Source: Balanoglossus misakiensis (lineage: Eukaryota; Animalia; Hemichordata). Taken from it: DNA of 64,000 bases. Location: contig CM082581.2 of assembly GCA_040954595.2 (NCBI GenBank), forward strand, positions 3,402,699 to 3,466,698, given 5' to 3'. Within the stretch, counting starts at the first letter, position 1. Every line of letters begins with the position of its first letter. The position numbers and the translations under genes are program-made. Under the pieces are notes generated by a model that was not told where the DNA came from, searched no databases, and saw nothing but the letters and a program-made list of their open reading frames with translations. Shown here one piece after another: positions 15,101 through 29,019 of the stretch.

Positions 15101-18100
15101 GGGTAAAAAAGAGACAGAAAGATAGCTACCTAGCGCCACCAGTGGTTGGTACTGGTTGAAATTCTTCGTCGTCAATGGTGGACACATTCTGATTACCAGT
15201 GGGGGTGCAGTGACACCATTCAACAGCCCAATCAGCACAAATTTGAGAACGACCGCTCTGCCTTGCTGCATCTGCTCCCCGCCGAACGACTGCACTTGAC
15301 TGATCAAGTCGGTCAAGCAAGTTTTGGGATGCACTACTGCAGCCACGGGCATTTTCATTTTCACTTCCATTTTGGGATTACTTTCGTCTTTCACCGGTGG
15401 CAGCATCTCAAAACTTCCACTGGAACTGGAATATCCCGGTGAATGGAGTGGTGACAATGCCAGAATGTGTGAATTATTCGTATTGGGCGTGTGTTCAGCT
15501 GTCTTCAAACTCCATATCATGACTCGGCCATCGTTCATAATCAGAGCAGATGATCTCTCAGTCACAGGACAGCAGTAGATTCCAAAGGGTCGGACATGTT
15601 TTGTGACACGCAGATGATCCGATTGACATCTCAGATCATAAATGACGTCTTGTATATTCTCTCCATAGGAATTACTCGATGTGTCACCTGAAATGATCAT
15701 ATGAAAGTGTCAGGGCTTATCACGCAAAAGCTTGTATGATTCTCTTCATAGTCAAAGAAAGCGAGCTATGTGAGAGGTCAGAAATGGATAGCCTGCACCC
15801 CCAAATCTGTGCTACACACATTCCACTCTGCGCCATCAGTCTGTGCTGTCAATGTGCGCCTGTGTTCTGTGCAGACGATCTGCCCTATCAGCTTGCGCCC
15901 CCATTTTGCAGTATCAGTCTGAGATATGGTTTTTCTGTAACTAATTAAGCTGTAGTGATATAAGTGCCCACCATCTGGTCTACGGTGTCAAGTTTACAAC
16001 TCCGATGGCCGTGGTTGTTTTTGTATTATTTTTCGTCGCTGCTAGATTGTAGTGACCCATGTGACAGACAATGTTTGTGATGAGTACAACAGATTTCAGC
16101 ACAGCAATCCTCAAATAGAAAGTGGTCTTGTGTACGTGTAACCAAGCAAAGGACATACTGTATACCAGTATTGAAATGCTGTTTGTGGCGTAAATATTAA
16201 TTAAAGGGACGAAGTCTCTCTCTCGCTGCCCTTTTCCATTAATTATGTTTGATGCAAGGTGAATCAACGTTCGACCACACACAACTTCCACCCCACTTGT
16301 AGACATGAGAGTGAAAAAGTGTGCAAAAATGAATAATCGGTCTTTACCATTTATTCATTTTGGGCGAGTTTTTACTCTCACAACATACAAGCGGGATGGA
16401 AGTTGTGTGTGGTTGAACATTCATTCACTACATATACACACGTACATTAACACAAACGGTGTCTTGTATCAAACATAATTAATGGAAAAAGGGCTGTGAG
16501 AGAGAGACTTTGTCCCTTTATTTAAAGTCAACTGTACCAGCCAGAAAATTACCTAATTGATCAACAGGTGTTGCTGCGGAACTCAATATTCCAGAGTAAC
16601 CATTTTTGCGACGGACTCTCACACTGATACTGCCGTTTTCGTGGAGACACATTATTACATCACGTTGCCTGCAATGAAAATTAAGTGCGTGAGAATAGTA
16701 CCTTGAGCATTCTTTCGGATTCAATAAAGATGGTTTTATACTGTAAAATGGGAAACTTTCACGAACAATAAATTTTCTGCGAAGTGCGCAAGAGCCCCCC
16801 AAAAACGCAAAAATAAAGTCGTGTATGTTTTTTCAGAGAGTGAAATACAAGAACATGAAAATTTTGTCGCGTAACAGTTGCTGCTTTTGACATCACAAAA
16901 ATTTCATCAGCAAATGTACCTGCATGGAATAACTTGTAGGAATGGGGATCCACTTCTCTCCATTAGGATGAGACCGACTGTCTGGTTGATTTCTAAATCC
17001 ACAATAAGAATCTCCCGGGAATAAACCAATAACAGGTGATGACGACATGCTTGGTGGTACGTCAACTGTAGACATTCGTTCAGGGATACACTCTCTCCTG
17101 CAGTCCTGAAAACGATCATTGATTCCAAACAAAAGTCAGAAAGTGCTTGTATCATACCAAATTAGATAGAAATATCAGCCATCTGTGTATAAATACAAAT
17201 GGGAACATATCAACAGTTCAGTCCATATCCACTGTTTTCTATGGTAAATTTGGAGGGAACTGGGAGTGAGAGGGTTAAAGGCATAATTTTGAAACTCACG
17301 TCCTGAACTCATTTGCATACTAAAAGTCACCAAAGACAAAGCACAAATTTGTACAAAAATGCAGATCTATATGTTTTTGTCTTTTGCTTTTTCCATGGAA
17401 TAAATCACAGGAATCTACTCCTTAGACATTCCTGGTCAAGTAGACAAAGTTATTTCATTGTGTGTTACACATAACTTCAGAAATTACATGCTAAATGGAG
17501 CTCTGCATGACATGTTACCACTCTGAACTCAGAACATGTAATCAGCCCAAAATGTTAATCCCCTTAAATAATCACAGTCCCCTTTTAAAACCAGATATTG
17601 CCTGTGTTGTCAGCTAAGGAGGATGGAAAGTTTTCATGTAATAAAATGACAGTAACTGTACATTCACACAATATGTATGGTACAGTAAAACCTACTTAAA
17701 CCTGACATAAAAACGGACTAAATTGTTTTGCAGAGGCCTCTGGTTTATAGAGATTCTTTTAACATATGATTATGTGAAAGGGACTGGAAAAGGCGTTTGG
17801 TATACATAGGTTTCCAGATATACGGGGTTCGGTTTAGACAGGTTTTACTGTACTTGATATAATTATCACACTTCAATGGGTCCCCTTCATGGCCTGAGAG
17901 ACAAAGTTTGTAGAGGCTAACACTGTTTACCGTGGTTTTCCTTCTCCAACTAACATCTTGACTCGTTTGAAGGCTGTACGAGCACTTCCTCTCCTTTCAG
18001 CACCTCCTGTTGTACTGGACGTCGCAGATGCACTGGGTGTACTGTCAATGTAAAACTTCTTACCATTACTTGATGGCGGTTTACCAATACTGAAATCATT

Positions 18101-21100
18101 CACAAACAGAATGCAGTCTGGTCCAAGTACTGTCAAAAGGAGAAAAAATCGCGTCAAGGACACAGTGGTCCCATTGAGGGATTACACAAGAAAAAGTCTA
18201 CACCGGAGTACATGGCCATACTGTATACAGACAGACAGACACACACAAACACACACACATAGCGAGAGATCAATGGGCAAGCACTGACTGACCCATAAGT
18301 TGACAATGGCAAATGTACTGTACATACACTAAATAGAACAGCTGTCCTCTTTAAAACTTAACCAGTTATGTAATCATTCAGGAATTTGGGAATTGGCTGT
18401 GTATATACAAAACCACAGGGGTTTCCTGTCTAATTTAAACAACTCAATAAAGTAAATATACACACCACTTTACAAAGCAATCTGACCAGTAGTTCTTGAG
18501 TTACTGAGTTTTGACCAATTTCACATTTTCCCAGCTAATTTGCATATTTTTGGCAATGACAACTTCATTTGAACAAACTCTCATCTACAGCCCAGCCTGC
18601 ATCTGCACACCAAAAATCAAGGTGATACACGCAGCGGTTTTCAAGTTTTTGATGTGGACGGACATACAGACATACATCCATCCATCCATACATACATCCA
18701 TACATACATACAGACGCAACCGATCCCATAAGGTCCCATGGTACATACCAATGGGACCTAAAAATGCTTGGTCAACATACAATAGAGTAAAGTTTCTACT
18801 GAAAGTGATTTAAAGCCCCATGAGCTGCCAAATTTCACTTTTTTCAAACATTCTCCCTACCAAGACAAATTTCCCACTTTAGGAACATTAAAGTTTAATA
18901 ATAATAATCATTTAAAATCCACACATTAGGCCATCTCTTGATAATGCATAGCACAATAGTTGCGTACTCTTTAGCTTTGTATGGAGGCCAATTAAACAGG
19001 TGTGGCACCCATTTAATATTTCACTTGTTCAATTTGCAACATATGTATACCTATCAGTAAGCTTATTTAGATAGACTAATCTAAGTTGGAAAGTAAAAAC
19101 TTGAAAATAATGCAAAAAGTGGCACCTCTTGGAGCTTTAAGTGAGAAATGACCATCAATGTAGTACCGGGTGACTTAATACTTAAAACTAAATATTATAA
19201 TTCAAATGTGTATCAACCATACGTTTAATATACAATGTAATCACAGTAGAAAGTGCAACAAAATTTACATAAAGCTCACTGTCCAAGGTTGGGGTAAAAC
19301 AGCTGTCCTTGTCATGCACTTAGAAATTCAGCAAACTACTTACATGTTAGTTTCGTGGGATCAAATGGATCAAACGAAAAAGACATCAAATTTTCTGTGA
19401 ATGACTTTTTCCAGAGTTTTGTACCAGTATCAGCATTCCATAAAATGATTGAATAGGGAGGATGTAAAGCCACTAAGAGATCATGAGAGGCATCCTGTGT
19501 TGACAACCAATCCATTTCTGAAGGCGGAGAAGAAACACATTTGATATCCTAAGAAAATGCTTGGTCAAAGATGACAAGAGTAATCATGTCATATTAACAC
19601 ATAATACTTTAAAACGGGTTATTTTCACATCAGGAAATTTTCGCGATATCAAAAGAGGCAACTGTTACGCGAGGATTAATTTTCACGTTCTGGTTTTTTA
19701 ACTGCATCGTTATTTTTACGCGACTTTTTATTTTCACGCATGTCAGGAAAACTCTCATGACGAACCCAGAATTGGTTTTGTGCCATCTTGAAATTCCACT
19801 CTGTGAGCAGCTTGACTGACATCCCAAACAATGATGCGTCCATGACAATCTGCTGAGACAAGGCGTAGTGTGTAGGGCGATCGTTCATCATGATGGTAGT
19901 TCTGTCTTGCCCATTTCACTTTTACAACCGCTGCTTTGTGTCGCTCTAGGGTCTGTAATACCTAAACAATACAATGGTAGAAAAGAAGAAGTCATTTACA
20001 AGTGTGAAGTTAAAATGTATTTTCACAAATGGCAAAGCAATACGCCTTTTCCGTAAAGAGTGTGCACTTCCAAATTATGGCGTCATTACAGAGCAGACAA
20101 GTCACAGAGTACTGCTTGAGCTTGACTGGTTTGTTGTACATATGATACAAGTTGCGTGTAAAACTTACTTTAAAATAAAATGTGGCTGTTGAACATTGGT
20201 CCCAACTATAGCAATGATACAAAAGACGATAAAGGTTTTACTCTGTGACCAAATGGCCTCTCTTTCGCGTCTTCTTGGAAGGGTGCCCTCTTTATGAAAA
20301 AGGTGTATTGGACAAGTGGTTTCTAAGGAAATTTTAACCATTATTTGAACAAATCTGAAAGAGACCATCCCTGCCTACTCCTACATCAGATTTAAAGTAC
20401 AGCCAACTTCCTATTTTACTTTTCTGGGTTCATTTCCTCACCTGAACAGTTCTGGTATCTACAATGACGACAGATGTTTGACAACCATAAGCTAGTAGTC
20501 CTTGCCATCCCCTAAAAAGATTCAGTAAAAGAAACCATAAAATTAAAATTTCAACATTTTTTTAAATCAGTGTTTTCTTGTTACAGCATATGTTCCCTTT
20601 TAAATTTAATACAGGTAATTAGAATGTAAACATCACATATACAATGATGATGTGTACAGTCTTTGAATAACAATCAAAATCCTGTAAACACTTACATACA
20701 CACATAAATCCATCCATAAGTGCATTTGATGTACGAGATGGGCATTTCTTGTATGAATGTACCTATTGCACTCAGGATATCAGAATAGGTATTCAGACGC
20801 AAGACATGTTGATTGAAATCAAATACATGTATGCTTATTTTAAAGAGATAATGTTTCTGAGGTCTAAAACATATTTCAGCCTATTCCCAAATGCAGATGG
20901 CTTTGTCAACAAAGTTATTTCATAGTGACCATATGAGTAATTATTTTCTTTATAATGCTTTATTCATTAATAACATTGTAGAAATGAACCGGTTTAACAG
21001 TTTAACTCATCACTATCAAACAGCACACTACAAGGCTCAGCCCTTGTCCCTGGAGTGTGTATATTCTGTCTTGACTTTGATGATGATAAATTTAAACATA

Positions 21101-23235
21101 AGTGGTACAGATAATAATTTAGTCACATGGTGGGTGATCGGCTTAACCGTAGACAGTAGAAAATGAACTAGATCACCAGAACCTGGCCCATCCAGTCGCT
21201 CTGTGCCTGACCACACAGGGGTTTCACTAAAATTTGAAGTAGAGGGCCATATTGGCAAAGTAGGGGGCCAATTATGCGGGGCCGGGGACATGTTGACCTT
21301 TGACCCCCCCCCCCCAATCATGTTGACCTTTGACCCCCCCCCCCCCCCCCCATTCTACACACAAACACATACACACAAACTCATATGATTTCACTTCAGA
21401 CACCTTTTATTACAGCACTAGTCAATCAAATCCAAAGTCACTATCAGGGTCTGAATCCTCTGATGGTAAATCCAAAACACATGCACTTGTTATTCTAGTT
21501 TAACAAATCATTTAAAGGCTTTTGACTGTGATAGTACACATTTCAATGGCCTCCCCATGAAGACCTAGTAAAACAAATTTTCCCAAATCATTTAGCATAT
21601 TTGGCTAAAATGTAAGTGATCTCCGCTCCCCCCCCCCCCCCCCCCCTCGGCTGTAAAAACTGAACGGTCCCTAAAGCAATGATTTCTGTCCTGATAAAAT
21701 CGACAAATTACTGATGGAAAAAAGTGTTCTGCTGCTGAAAAAAACACAAAAAACGCCTGCCTTTTTTTATTCTTTTTGACATCACTAATTGCCCTGAACA
21801 TCGATCTCACGGGTGTCTGCCGCGGCCGTCTGTAGACGCGCGGACACATGGCATGACCTCTAACAAAAGTTGCTACATCTTTTGTCAAGTTTTAGATATT
21901 TTGTTGCGACCGGAACGCTGAGATGCGTTAGTTGTTGCAATTTGTGCGTTACTACGTCAATGATACTATTTATAGGACGCCTGTCTAAAGATAACTGGTG
22001 CGCCGAGTGAAATGGGCAACACGTACTGTTTCACGATCCGGTGAAATGCGATCGTGACTCGCGATTTTCCAGGAGTTTCAAGGAGAAATTTTGAATTTCT
22101 AGGAGATTTCAGGAGTTTCCAGGAGGGGTTTCAAATTCCAGGAGTTTCCAGGAGCGTACGAACCCTTATTTATGAGCGTGAAAGAGTATACAAATAAAAA
22201 TAACCCTAATGGGTTAAGGAAAAGTAGACGGCCAGTTCAGTGCAAGTACCCGGCCAATTGGCCGGTGGCCGGCGCTTAGCGAAAACCCTGCCACATACTG
22301 TAAATTGGGTTATTTTCGCAACAGGAAATTTTCACGATTTATCAAAAGAGGCAACTGTTACGCGAAGATTAATTTTCGCATTCTTGTATTTCACTAACTG
22401 CATTATTGCTCGCGCAAATAACCCGTTTTACAGTAACTACACTGCCACAACCTGAGCCATAGCTATTGCAATATCTCTCCAGCTTGTGCGATGAAGTGGC
22501 AGATAGTATGGGGCACAGTTGCACGATCGCCTGCAGTGCCACCTTGCTGTAGTCCGTACGCGTAGCCCGACAACTTCCCTGTCTGTAGACTGTAGGTTGT
22601 AACTTGTGGGGAATCGCCGCCGCCCCCCCCCCCCCCCCCCCCCCCCCTCCTTTCCCAACAGCCAACAGACAGGGAAGTAGCAGGGCTACGACGTTGCAAG
22701 TTCTACCTAACCTAGATTATTTCAGTGACAATGATAGCTAACAAAACGCGAAGTAACGGCTACAAAAAACAGACAACCCTATGGTGGCATTAAGCTTCGC
22801 AGTTTTCCAACAATTCGAGAGAAAAAAAGTTGTATGGAAATACATAGGGCAGTGACGTGGGTGGATGTGGCTGGCACCGCACAGCCTACGGCCAAAGATC
22901 TTTGGATGACGATCAGAGACGTTGCGATTGGCAAGTTTTCGCTCTATATAATTTTGGCGAAGACTAAAATCTCAGCTATGGAAGGTAGTCAAAGTTAGCT
23001 AGCTGACCACTGACAGTATCGCGATGTCGCGAATAAGTGGTGTCGTGCATAATATATTGGCCGTAATATATTCTCATGTCCTGAAGGTATCACGGGAAGG
23101 AAGCGACTGAAATCAAAACATCAACACTTACCAGTCAGCCGCCCCTTTGTTATTGTTGTGTAGAAAACCTGTAAGAGTTTTATTCGATAGCTTGAGATTC
23201 AGGAGATGTTTTTGCAGCTCTGTACTAGCTGACAT
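1140..23235 (-). CDS. WDR11: WD repeat-containing protein 11 orthologue, complete, 24 coding exons, about 1290 aa
   Basis: Exons (top..bottom): 23235-23132, 20511-20442, 19961-19766, 19517-19344, 18129-17931, 17105-16920, 16668-16553, 15687-15130, 14287-14023, 13369-13261, 12951-12825, 12260-12118, 11545-11439, 10865-10751, 10451-10283, 9810-9702, 8473-8251, 6043-5864, 3647-3552, 3334-3169, 2657-2560, 2053-1908, 1634-1555, 1276-1140. The sum is 3873 nt and all phases are compatible. Introns are GT-AG except the last (AT-AC). Peptides match human WDR11 colinearly, e.g. TLTGFLHNNNKGAADWGWQGLLAYGC, LWNADTGTKLWKKS, IRMCPPLTTKN, EHFVFTDTNG, SQSTIKLVATSLIANGKL, EGVQLLCLIDK, YFDRAALFAEAC. Confidence 0.96.
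1277..1554 (-). other. U12-type (minor spliceosome) AT-AC intron, last intron of WDR11
   Basis: The 5' site ATATCCTTTT (1554-1545) fits the U12 consensus. A branch-point-like TTTTCCTTATG lies at about 1296-1286 and the 3' end is AC (1278-1277). This join gives the in-frame GET-K-KVVSAIY; the nearby AG acceptor would frameshift. Confidence 0.88.
3813..3906. mobile_element. piggyBac-like mini-MITE; related copies at about 804-844 and 58533-58618
   Basis: TTAA|CCCTTTCACC ... GGTGAAAGGG|TTAA. Confidence 0.65.
8685..8910. mobile_element. Palindromic MITE with 4-bp TSD
   Basis: TIR TGAGGTGGCTGGAAT, CAGT on both sides and internal inverted arms. The superfamily is unassigned. Confidence 0.7.
9036..9620. 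mobile_element. Crypton-like non-autonomous element with a one-sided terminal palindrome
   Basis: A 140-bp hairpin at 9477-9616 (AGCAATAACCCCCGCC...GGCGGGGGTTATTGCT) centred on CTCGCCTGACGGCTCG and ending at TTAA. The class call is by resemblance and the left boundary is approximate. Confidence 0.55.
11569..11875. repeat. Interspersed repeat shared with 60698-60990
   Basis: Both begin CATTATTATACANCTGGCAC(C/A)GAGAACAATAGAATTT and share TTTCAAGAC-CCCCC and CTGAGCGGTT motifs. Confidence 0.7.
12644..12821. mobile_element. Tc1/pogo-like TA-target MITE (CAGTAAAACCTG TIR); related copies at 5517-5705, 17683-17850, 45699-45833 and 46136-46224
   Basis: TA|CAGTRAAACC...GGTTTYACTG|TA termini (CAGTCAAACC in the 5517 copy); five related copies. 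Confidence 0.75.
18472..18764 (+). mobile_element. Helentron/DINE-like element 3' part; longer truncated relative at about 38990-39820
   Basis: About 170 bp shared with 39651-39820, then a (CATA/CATC)n microsatellite, the 3' stem-loop AGGTCCCAT...ATGGGACCT and AAAAA. Confidence 0.6.
22066..22291. mobile_element. Two hAT-like terminal fragments
   Basis: TTCCAGGAG subterminal repeats ending CGTACGAACCCT (22166), and a second end GCGAAAACCCTG near 22290. Confidence 0.5.
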
Positions 23236-23299
23236 ATTTGCTAGCGCGTTTCTGCAGTCCGGGAATCAGAAAGGATTACCATCAACAGCGTTTTCCTCC

Positions 23300-23375
23300 A
23301 TTTACAAGATCCATCACCGTGCGTGTCACGTGACCACACCCTGCTCATCCGGATTACATCACTTCCTGTTTTAGG
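23300..23375 (-). promoter_or_regulatory. WDR11 proximal promoter with CLEAR/E-box and ETS motifs
   Basis: Palindromic GTCACGTGAC at 23325-23334 and ACAGGAAGTG (minus strand, 23369-23360), 90-135 bp upstream of the ATG in locally CpG-rich sequence. Confidence 0.55.
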
Positions 23376-24859
23376 CCATCGTAATACGCTTCTAAGTTAC
23401 ACGCCCCTAGGAATACTCAGAATTTTGAATGTCATTTTCCTGATTTTTTTTTGTTGTTGTCGTACACAAATGGATTTTAAACACAAAAGTAAATAAAAAT
23501 ACAGGGCATTCCCATATGGTGCATTTCGTCCCACAAAAGACACACTGTTCACTGTTTCTATTATTGGTCCCCTGCCCCATTCACACCGCTGGCTGCGCGA
23601 CGCTAAATCGATCATCATCATCATCATCATCATCATCATTACAGTACATGGTAACCCAGCTTAATTTTTTTTACAGTACATTGAAAACCGACAAAAAATC
23701 TTGGGAAATTGTGCAAATTTAACCCAATGTGGCCATAAGCTGTTTACCGATTTTACTGTCTCAGCCAACCGTAACTTACTATTGAGAAGACTTTCTAGGA
23801 ATGTACCATGCTTGTACATGTATAGAATCTGATTGCCTCATCCGCATTCTACTCTGCTCCATGGAGAGAAGACTCCCTCTTCTGGCAAAGCAGAAACTGT
23901 TGCCGTAAAAAGAGGAGTGGTTTACAACGATGTTTACGCATCCACTTCAACCATTGAACCTTTGCCAGAAGACACTGCAGCAGACTGTACAGTCAGCTAC
24001 TTCAAGTGATCGTGCGATTGAGAAGCTCAAGACACACTAGCGTACACATCATGTTATGATGAGTGTTGTTGCTGTTGTTGTTGTTTTGCCCTTCAAATTC
24101 CAATGTGTCCACAACCAGAACGTCTAATTCACCTACGAGGGATAGCATGAAGTATAAATTTTGACATTTAATGGGTGATACTTGTGATACTGATCTGTTG
24201 ATTAAATTTTGCCTTTGTGTAAGCGAAAAAATCTTCGAAACATCAAAATGCGTGTGTCCAAAGTTGATTTCTCCCTTTTCCAAGTCATGCAGGAGCAATC
24301 CCAGTATAACAACCCCCAAGCGACTGTGCCCATCCTTGCTGCTGCCAGTGAGGAGAAAGAACCAGAATACTAGGAGTGTAGCAAAGCGCCCTCATTCGGC
24401 AAGGAACTATTCAAGTCTTGAACTGGCGACATTTATATTCCACATTCATTTTTTTACCGAACATTTGTATACTTTTATGAATTGCATTTTGTTTCTGCAC
24501 AAACTATGTATTGCTAGAAATGAAATTGTCTGAGGTTTCTGAAAAAATGTCCACTATTTTGTACACAAGAACAAACCATGTCACTATATACTGACTAACA
24601 TGGCACTTTTCTCCTTGTCGGCAGAAACATTTTGAAGAAATGTAAGAAATATCTGTGGATGCATATGAAAATATTGAAAATATTTGCCTCAACTATGTAT
24701 GTCATTATGTAATAAAACAGATTTTTGCACATGGACTACTTATGTATGATAGCTACTTTTTTACAAATTTAATTTACACATATATTTGGCTATTGTTGTT
24801 CCTCTCAGGAATTTCTGGTAGAGTAGTGGCTACTTTGCAATACTAAATTGTCTGTGGGA

Positions 24860-26601
24860 AAATTGAATTCTGTAGGAAATTTATGTTTGAAACCCTTGAG
24901 CTAATATATATACAGGCAGAGCTTTGAGATTCCTTAATGCTTGCTTTTATAGTTTTCAGACATTTTAGTGCAAACTTCAAGTAAATTGAAATCTGTCTGG
25001 AAATTTATATTTGACATCCTGGAGCTAATATACAGGCAGTGGCTTTTCTTTAAATGATGCTTTGAGATTTGTTAATGCTTGCTGTAGTTTTCAGACGTTT
25101 TAGTGCAAACTTCAAGTAAATTGAAATCTGTCTGGAAATTTATATTTGACATCCTGGAGCTAATATACAGGCAGTGGCTTTTCTTTAAATGATGCTTTGA
25201 GATTTGTTAATGCTTGCTGTAGTTTTCAGACGTTTTAGTGCAAACTTCAAGTAAATTGAAATCAGTCAGGAAATTTATATTTGACATCCTAGAGCTAATA
25301 TACAGGCAGTGGCTTTTCTTTAAATGATGCTTTGAGATTTGTTAATGCTTGCTGTAGTTTTCAGACGTTTTAGTGCAAACTTCAAGTAAATTGAAATCAG
25401 TCAGGAAATTTATATTTGACACCCTGGAGCTAATATACAGGCAGTGGCTTTTCTTTAAATGATGCTTTGAGATTTGTTAATGCTTGCTGTAGTTTTCAGA
25501 CGTTTTAGTGCAAACTTCAAGTAAATTGAAATCAGTCAGGAAATTTATATTTGACACCCTGGAGCTAATATACAGGCAGTGGCTTTTCTTTAAATGATGC
25601 TTTGAGATTTGTTAATGCTTGCTGTAGTTTTCAGACGTTTTAGTGCAAACTTCAAGTAAATTGAAATCAGTCAGGAAATTTATATTTGACACCCTGGAGC
25701 TAATATACAGGCAGTGGCTTTTCTTTAAATGATGCTTTGAGATTTGTTAATGCTTGCTGTAGTTTTCAGACGTTTTAGTGCAAACTTCAAGTAAATTGAA
25801 ATCAGTCAGGAAATTTATATTTGACACCCTGGAGCTAATATACAGGCAGTGGCTTTTCTTTAAATGATGCTTTGAGATTTGTTAATGCTTGCTGTAGTTT
25901 TCAGACGTTTTAGTGCAAACTTCAAGTAAATTGAAATCAGTCAGGAAATTTATATTTGACACCCTGGAGCTAATATACAGGCAGTGGCTTTTCTTTAAAT
26001 GATGCTTTGAGATTTGTTAATGCTTGCTGTAGTTTTCAGACGTTTTAGTGCAAACTTCAAGTAAATTGAAATCAGTCAGGAAATTTATATTTGACACCCT
26101 GGAGCTAATATACAGGCAGTGGCTTTTCTTTAAATGATGCTTTGAGATTTGTTAATGCTTGCTGTAGTTTTCAGACGTTTTAGTGCAAACTTCAAGTAAA
26201 TTGAAATCAGTCAGGAAATTTATATTTGACACCCTGGAGCTAATATACAGGCAGTGGCTTTTCTTTAAATGATGCTTTGAGATTTGTTAATGCTTGCTGT
26301 AGTTTTCAGACGTTTTAGTGCAAACTTCAAGTAAATTGAAATCAGTCAGGAAATTTATATTTGACACCCTGGAGCTAATATACAGGCAGTGGCTTTTCTT
26401 TAAATGATGCTTTGAGATTTGTTAATGCTTGCTGTAGTTTTCAGACGTTTTAGTGCAAACTTCAAGTAAATTGAAATCAGTCAGGAAATTTATATTTGAC
26501 ATCCTGGAGCTAATATACAGGCAGTGGCTTTTCTTTAAATGATGCTTTGAGATTTGTTAATGCCTGCTTTAGCAGACGTTTTAGTGCAAACTTCAAGTAA
26601 A
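24860..26601. repeat. 135-bp tandem array, about 13 copies
   Basis: The unit GGAGCTAATATACAGGCAGTGG...TTTGACACCCT recurs at 25021, 25156, 25291 ... 26506. Inner copies look identical and outer copies are diverged. Confidence 0.97.
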
Positions 26602-27622
26602 TGAATTGAGACTGAATTAATTTATAGAAAACATCTGATATCTGGATTGGAAATCATATCAACTGACTGCATGATTAGCTTTAAAATTGTTGGTAATTGT
26701 TTTGGAAACCTTCCTTTGCCAGTTCACTTGCCAATTAAATTTTTAGACACAAAGTATTTGTGAAAATAATTGTTATTGCTGTCTGCAAACAGCCACACAG
26801 TCTAAGTACATGCAACTCCTTGTATGTACAACTCCTCGTATCATATATTGCATCATCACTGAATGAAGGGCTATGATGAATCATCACTAAGGCTGTTCCC
26901 ATGCACCATGCACTCCACCATTTGAAAATATGCGTTTTACGTTCTATTTGTTCAGTGAGGTGTTTGACATTGCAACTAAGGAGTATTGGCAGAACAGCAT
27001 TGCTATTCCACCAATGTTGCTCTCCCCCAACATAAATTCTAAGGAGGGACCATCAATTTTTGTCATAACTTTCTAGGGGGGGGGGGGTCATAGAACCTCC
27101 AGCCCTCCCTGGAAGTATTTTCTGAAAACTCCCTTAGAAATGTATTTTCACATTTTTGAGGTTTTCATGTTGATTCACACTTTCATGCTGACAAGTTCAC
27201 ATCCTCCCACCTCATCACATCTACACATATCACTGTATTCAAACTAACACATGCAAATACACACACACACACACACACAAACACAATAAAGGTTACTTTT
27301 AATACATGAGGAACATGTGCTTTATTGGATGAACTAAAAATTTACCCCGCACCAAAACCCAGAGGTAAAACCCTTATTTCGAGATATTAGGGAAACCCTC
27401 TGGGAAAGCGTAAGTAACTATAGAGATTCACCAAGTTTACAAATAATTGTATTTTAAAGTCATTTCTCTTGAAAACATAAGTTTTAAATGAACATGCTAA
27501 TTTCGCATACAAAATAGTAGGTTTAGAGAGCCAGTACCTGTAACTTTAGGAACAGAACATTGTTATTATTTGCAAATGTATTCAATTCTGGACTTGAATA
27601 CAAATTGTTAACAATAACAATT

Positions 27623-28800
27623 AAACTTAAACTGTTCAAAAATAATAAATATCAAGCAAAAGCAAAAACCTTCTCATCTGATATAGTTATTGGAAAAATT
27701 TCATTAAAGTCTCCCAAACATTCAGGGAAAAAAGGCAGACACAGATTGAATGTTCAAATGTAAAATAACTGAAAGTGTGTAAAATAAAGAAAACTTGTGA
27801 ATACCACAATGTAAATATTTTATCGTTAAAAATGCGTAAATAATGTGTTGCCTGTAAGTCATGTTGCATAGGCTCGATGCTACTTAATTTATGAGGGAAT
27901 ACACTATTTTTATGCCCCCCCCCCCCAATAGAATAACCAAATTGCCTATTAGGCTTTTGCAAACACATTATTTATGTATTTATAAAGAAAATGCTCATCA
28001 AAAATCTCAAAGATCCCCAAATTGGGGGAAAAGGCTTTATCACTGAGATGAAAGTTGAAATCTTTATGTGCACAAACACACACTTAAACTGTTTAAAAAT
28101 ATTAATAACTTTGCAATGTCAAGCGAAAGCAAATCAGAACCTTCTCATCTGATATAGTTATCGGAAAAATTTCACTAAAGTTTCCCAAACATTCAGGGAA
28201 AAAAGGCAGACACAGAATGAGTGTTCAAATGTAAAATAACTGAGTGTAAAATATAGAAAACTTGAAAAGACCACAATGAAAAGGTTTATTTTTAAAATGT
28301 ATAAATAATGTGTTGCCAGTAAGCCATGTTGCATAGGCTCCTTGCTATTCAATTTATGAGCAAATTTACTGCTATCATGCCCCCCACGGATTAATCGAAT
28401 TATGCATATATGGCTTTTGCAAACACATTATTTATATATTTATAAAGAAAATTCTCATCAAAAAATCTCTAAATATGCATAGAAAAAATGTGTAAAATAA
28501 TCAGTGACGTCAAGCAAAATCATAAAAAATGTGAAGAATATAACAGATATACCGGTATATCAAACTGTTGAACACTACCCACGCACGTGAGAAGCAACTA
28601 ATGAACTGATCCCAGGAAACTATACTGGACTTGAAGGATCTATTGCAAGTGTTTTTTCATCATCAAATGCATATGGTATTACCAAATATATTGCAAATTG
28701 AAACCTTCTTATCTGTTATAGCCATTGGGAAAACTTCATTAAAGACACCCCAAACATTGGGGGGAAAAGACACATACGGAGATTAATGTTAAAATGTTGA
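27623..28800. repeat. About 460-bp diverged direct repeat (2 copies plus a partial third)
   Basis: ACCTTCTCATCTGATATAGTTAT...CCCAAACATTCAGGGAAAAAAGGCAGACAC occurs near 27668 and 28139, and in degenerate form near 28703. Confidence 0.8.
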
Positions 28801-29019
28801 CACAACACAAACATATATATTCTTTATTTATTTCATTGGAAAGTACATTGAAGAACGCGGCAGATGTAAAAAGGCATTGAAGAACGCGGCAGATGTAAAA
28901 AGGCATTGTAGAACGCGGCAGATGTAATACGGCATCAAATGAATTGAAGAGGGACAGCCATCTGGTGACTTCTTCTGCAAGGGTGGTGAACCAGCTTCAT
29001 CCGAAAAAAAAATACAACC

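Noticed and set aside
24860-26601. 135-bp and 91-bp arrays as CRISPR-like arrays
   Set aside because: The units are contiguous with no unique spacers, there are no cas-like ORFs, and the context is eukaryotic.
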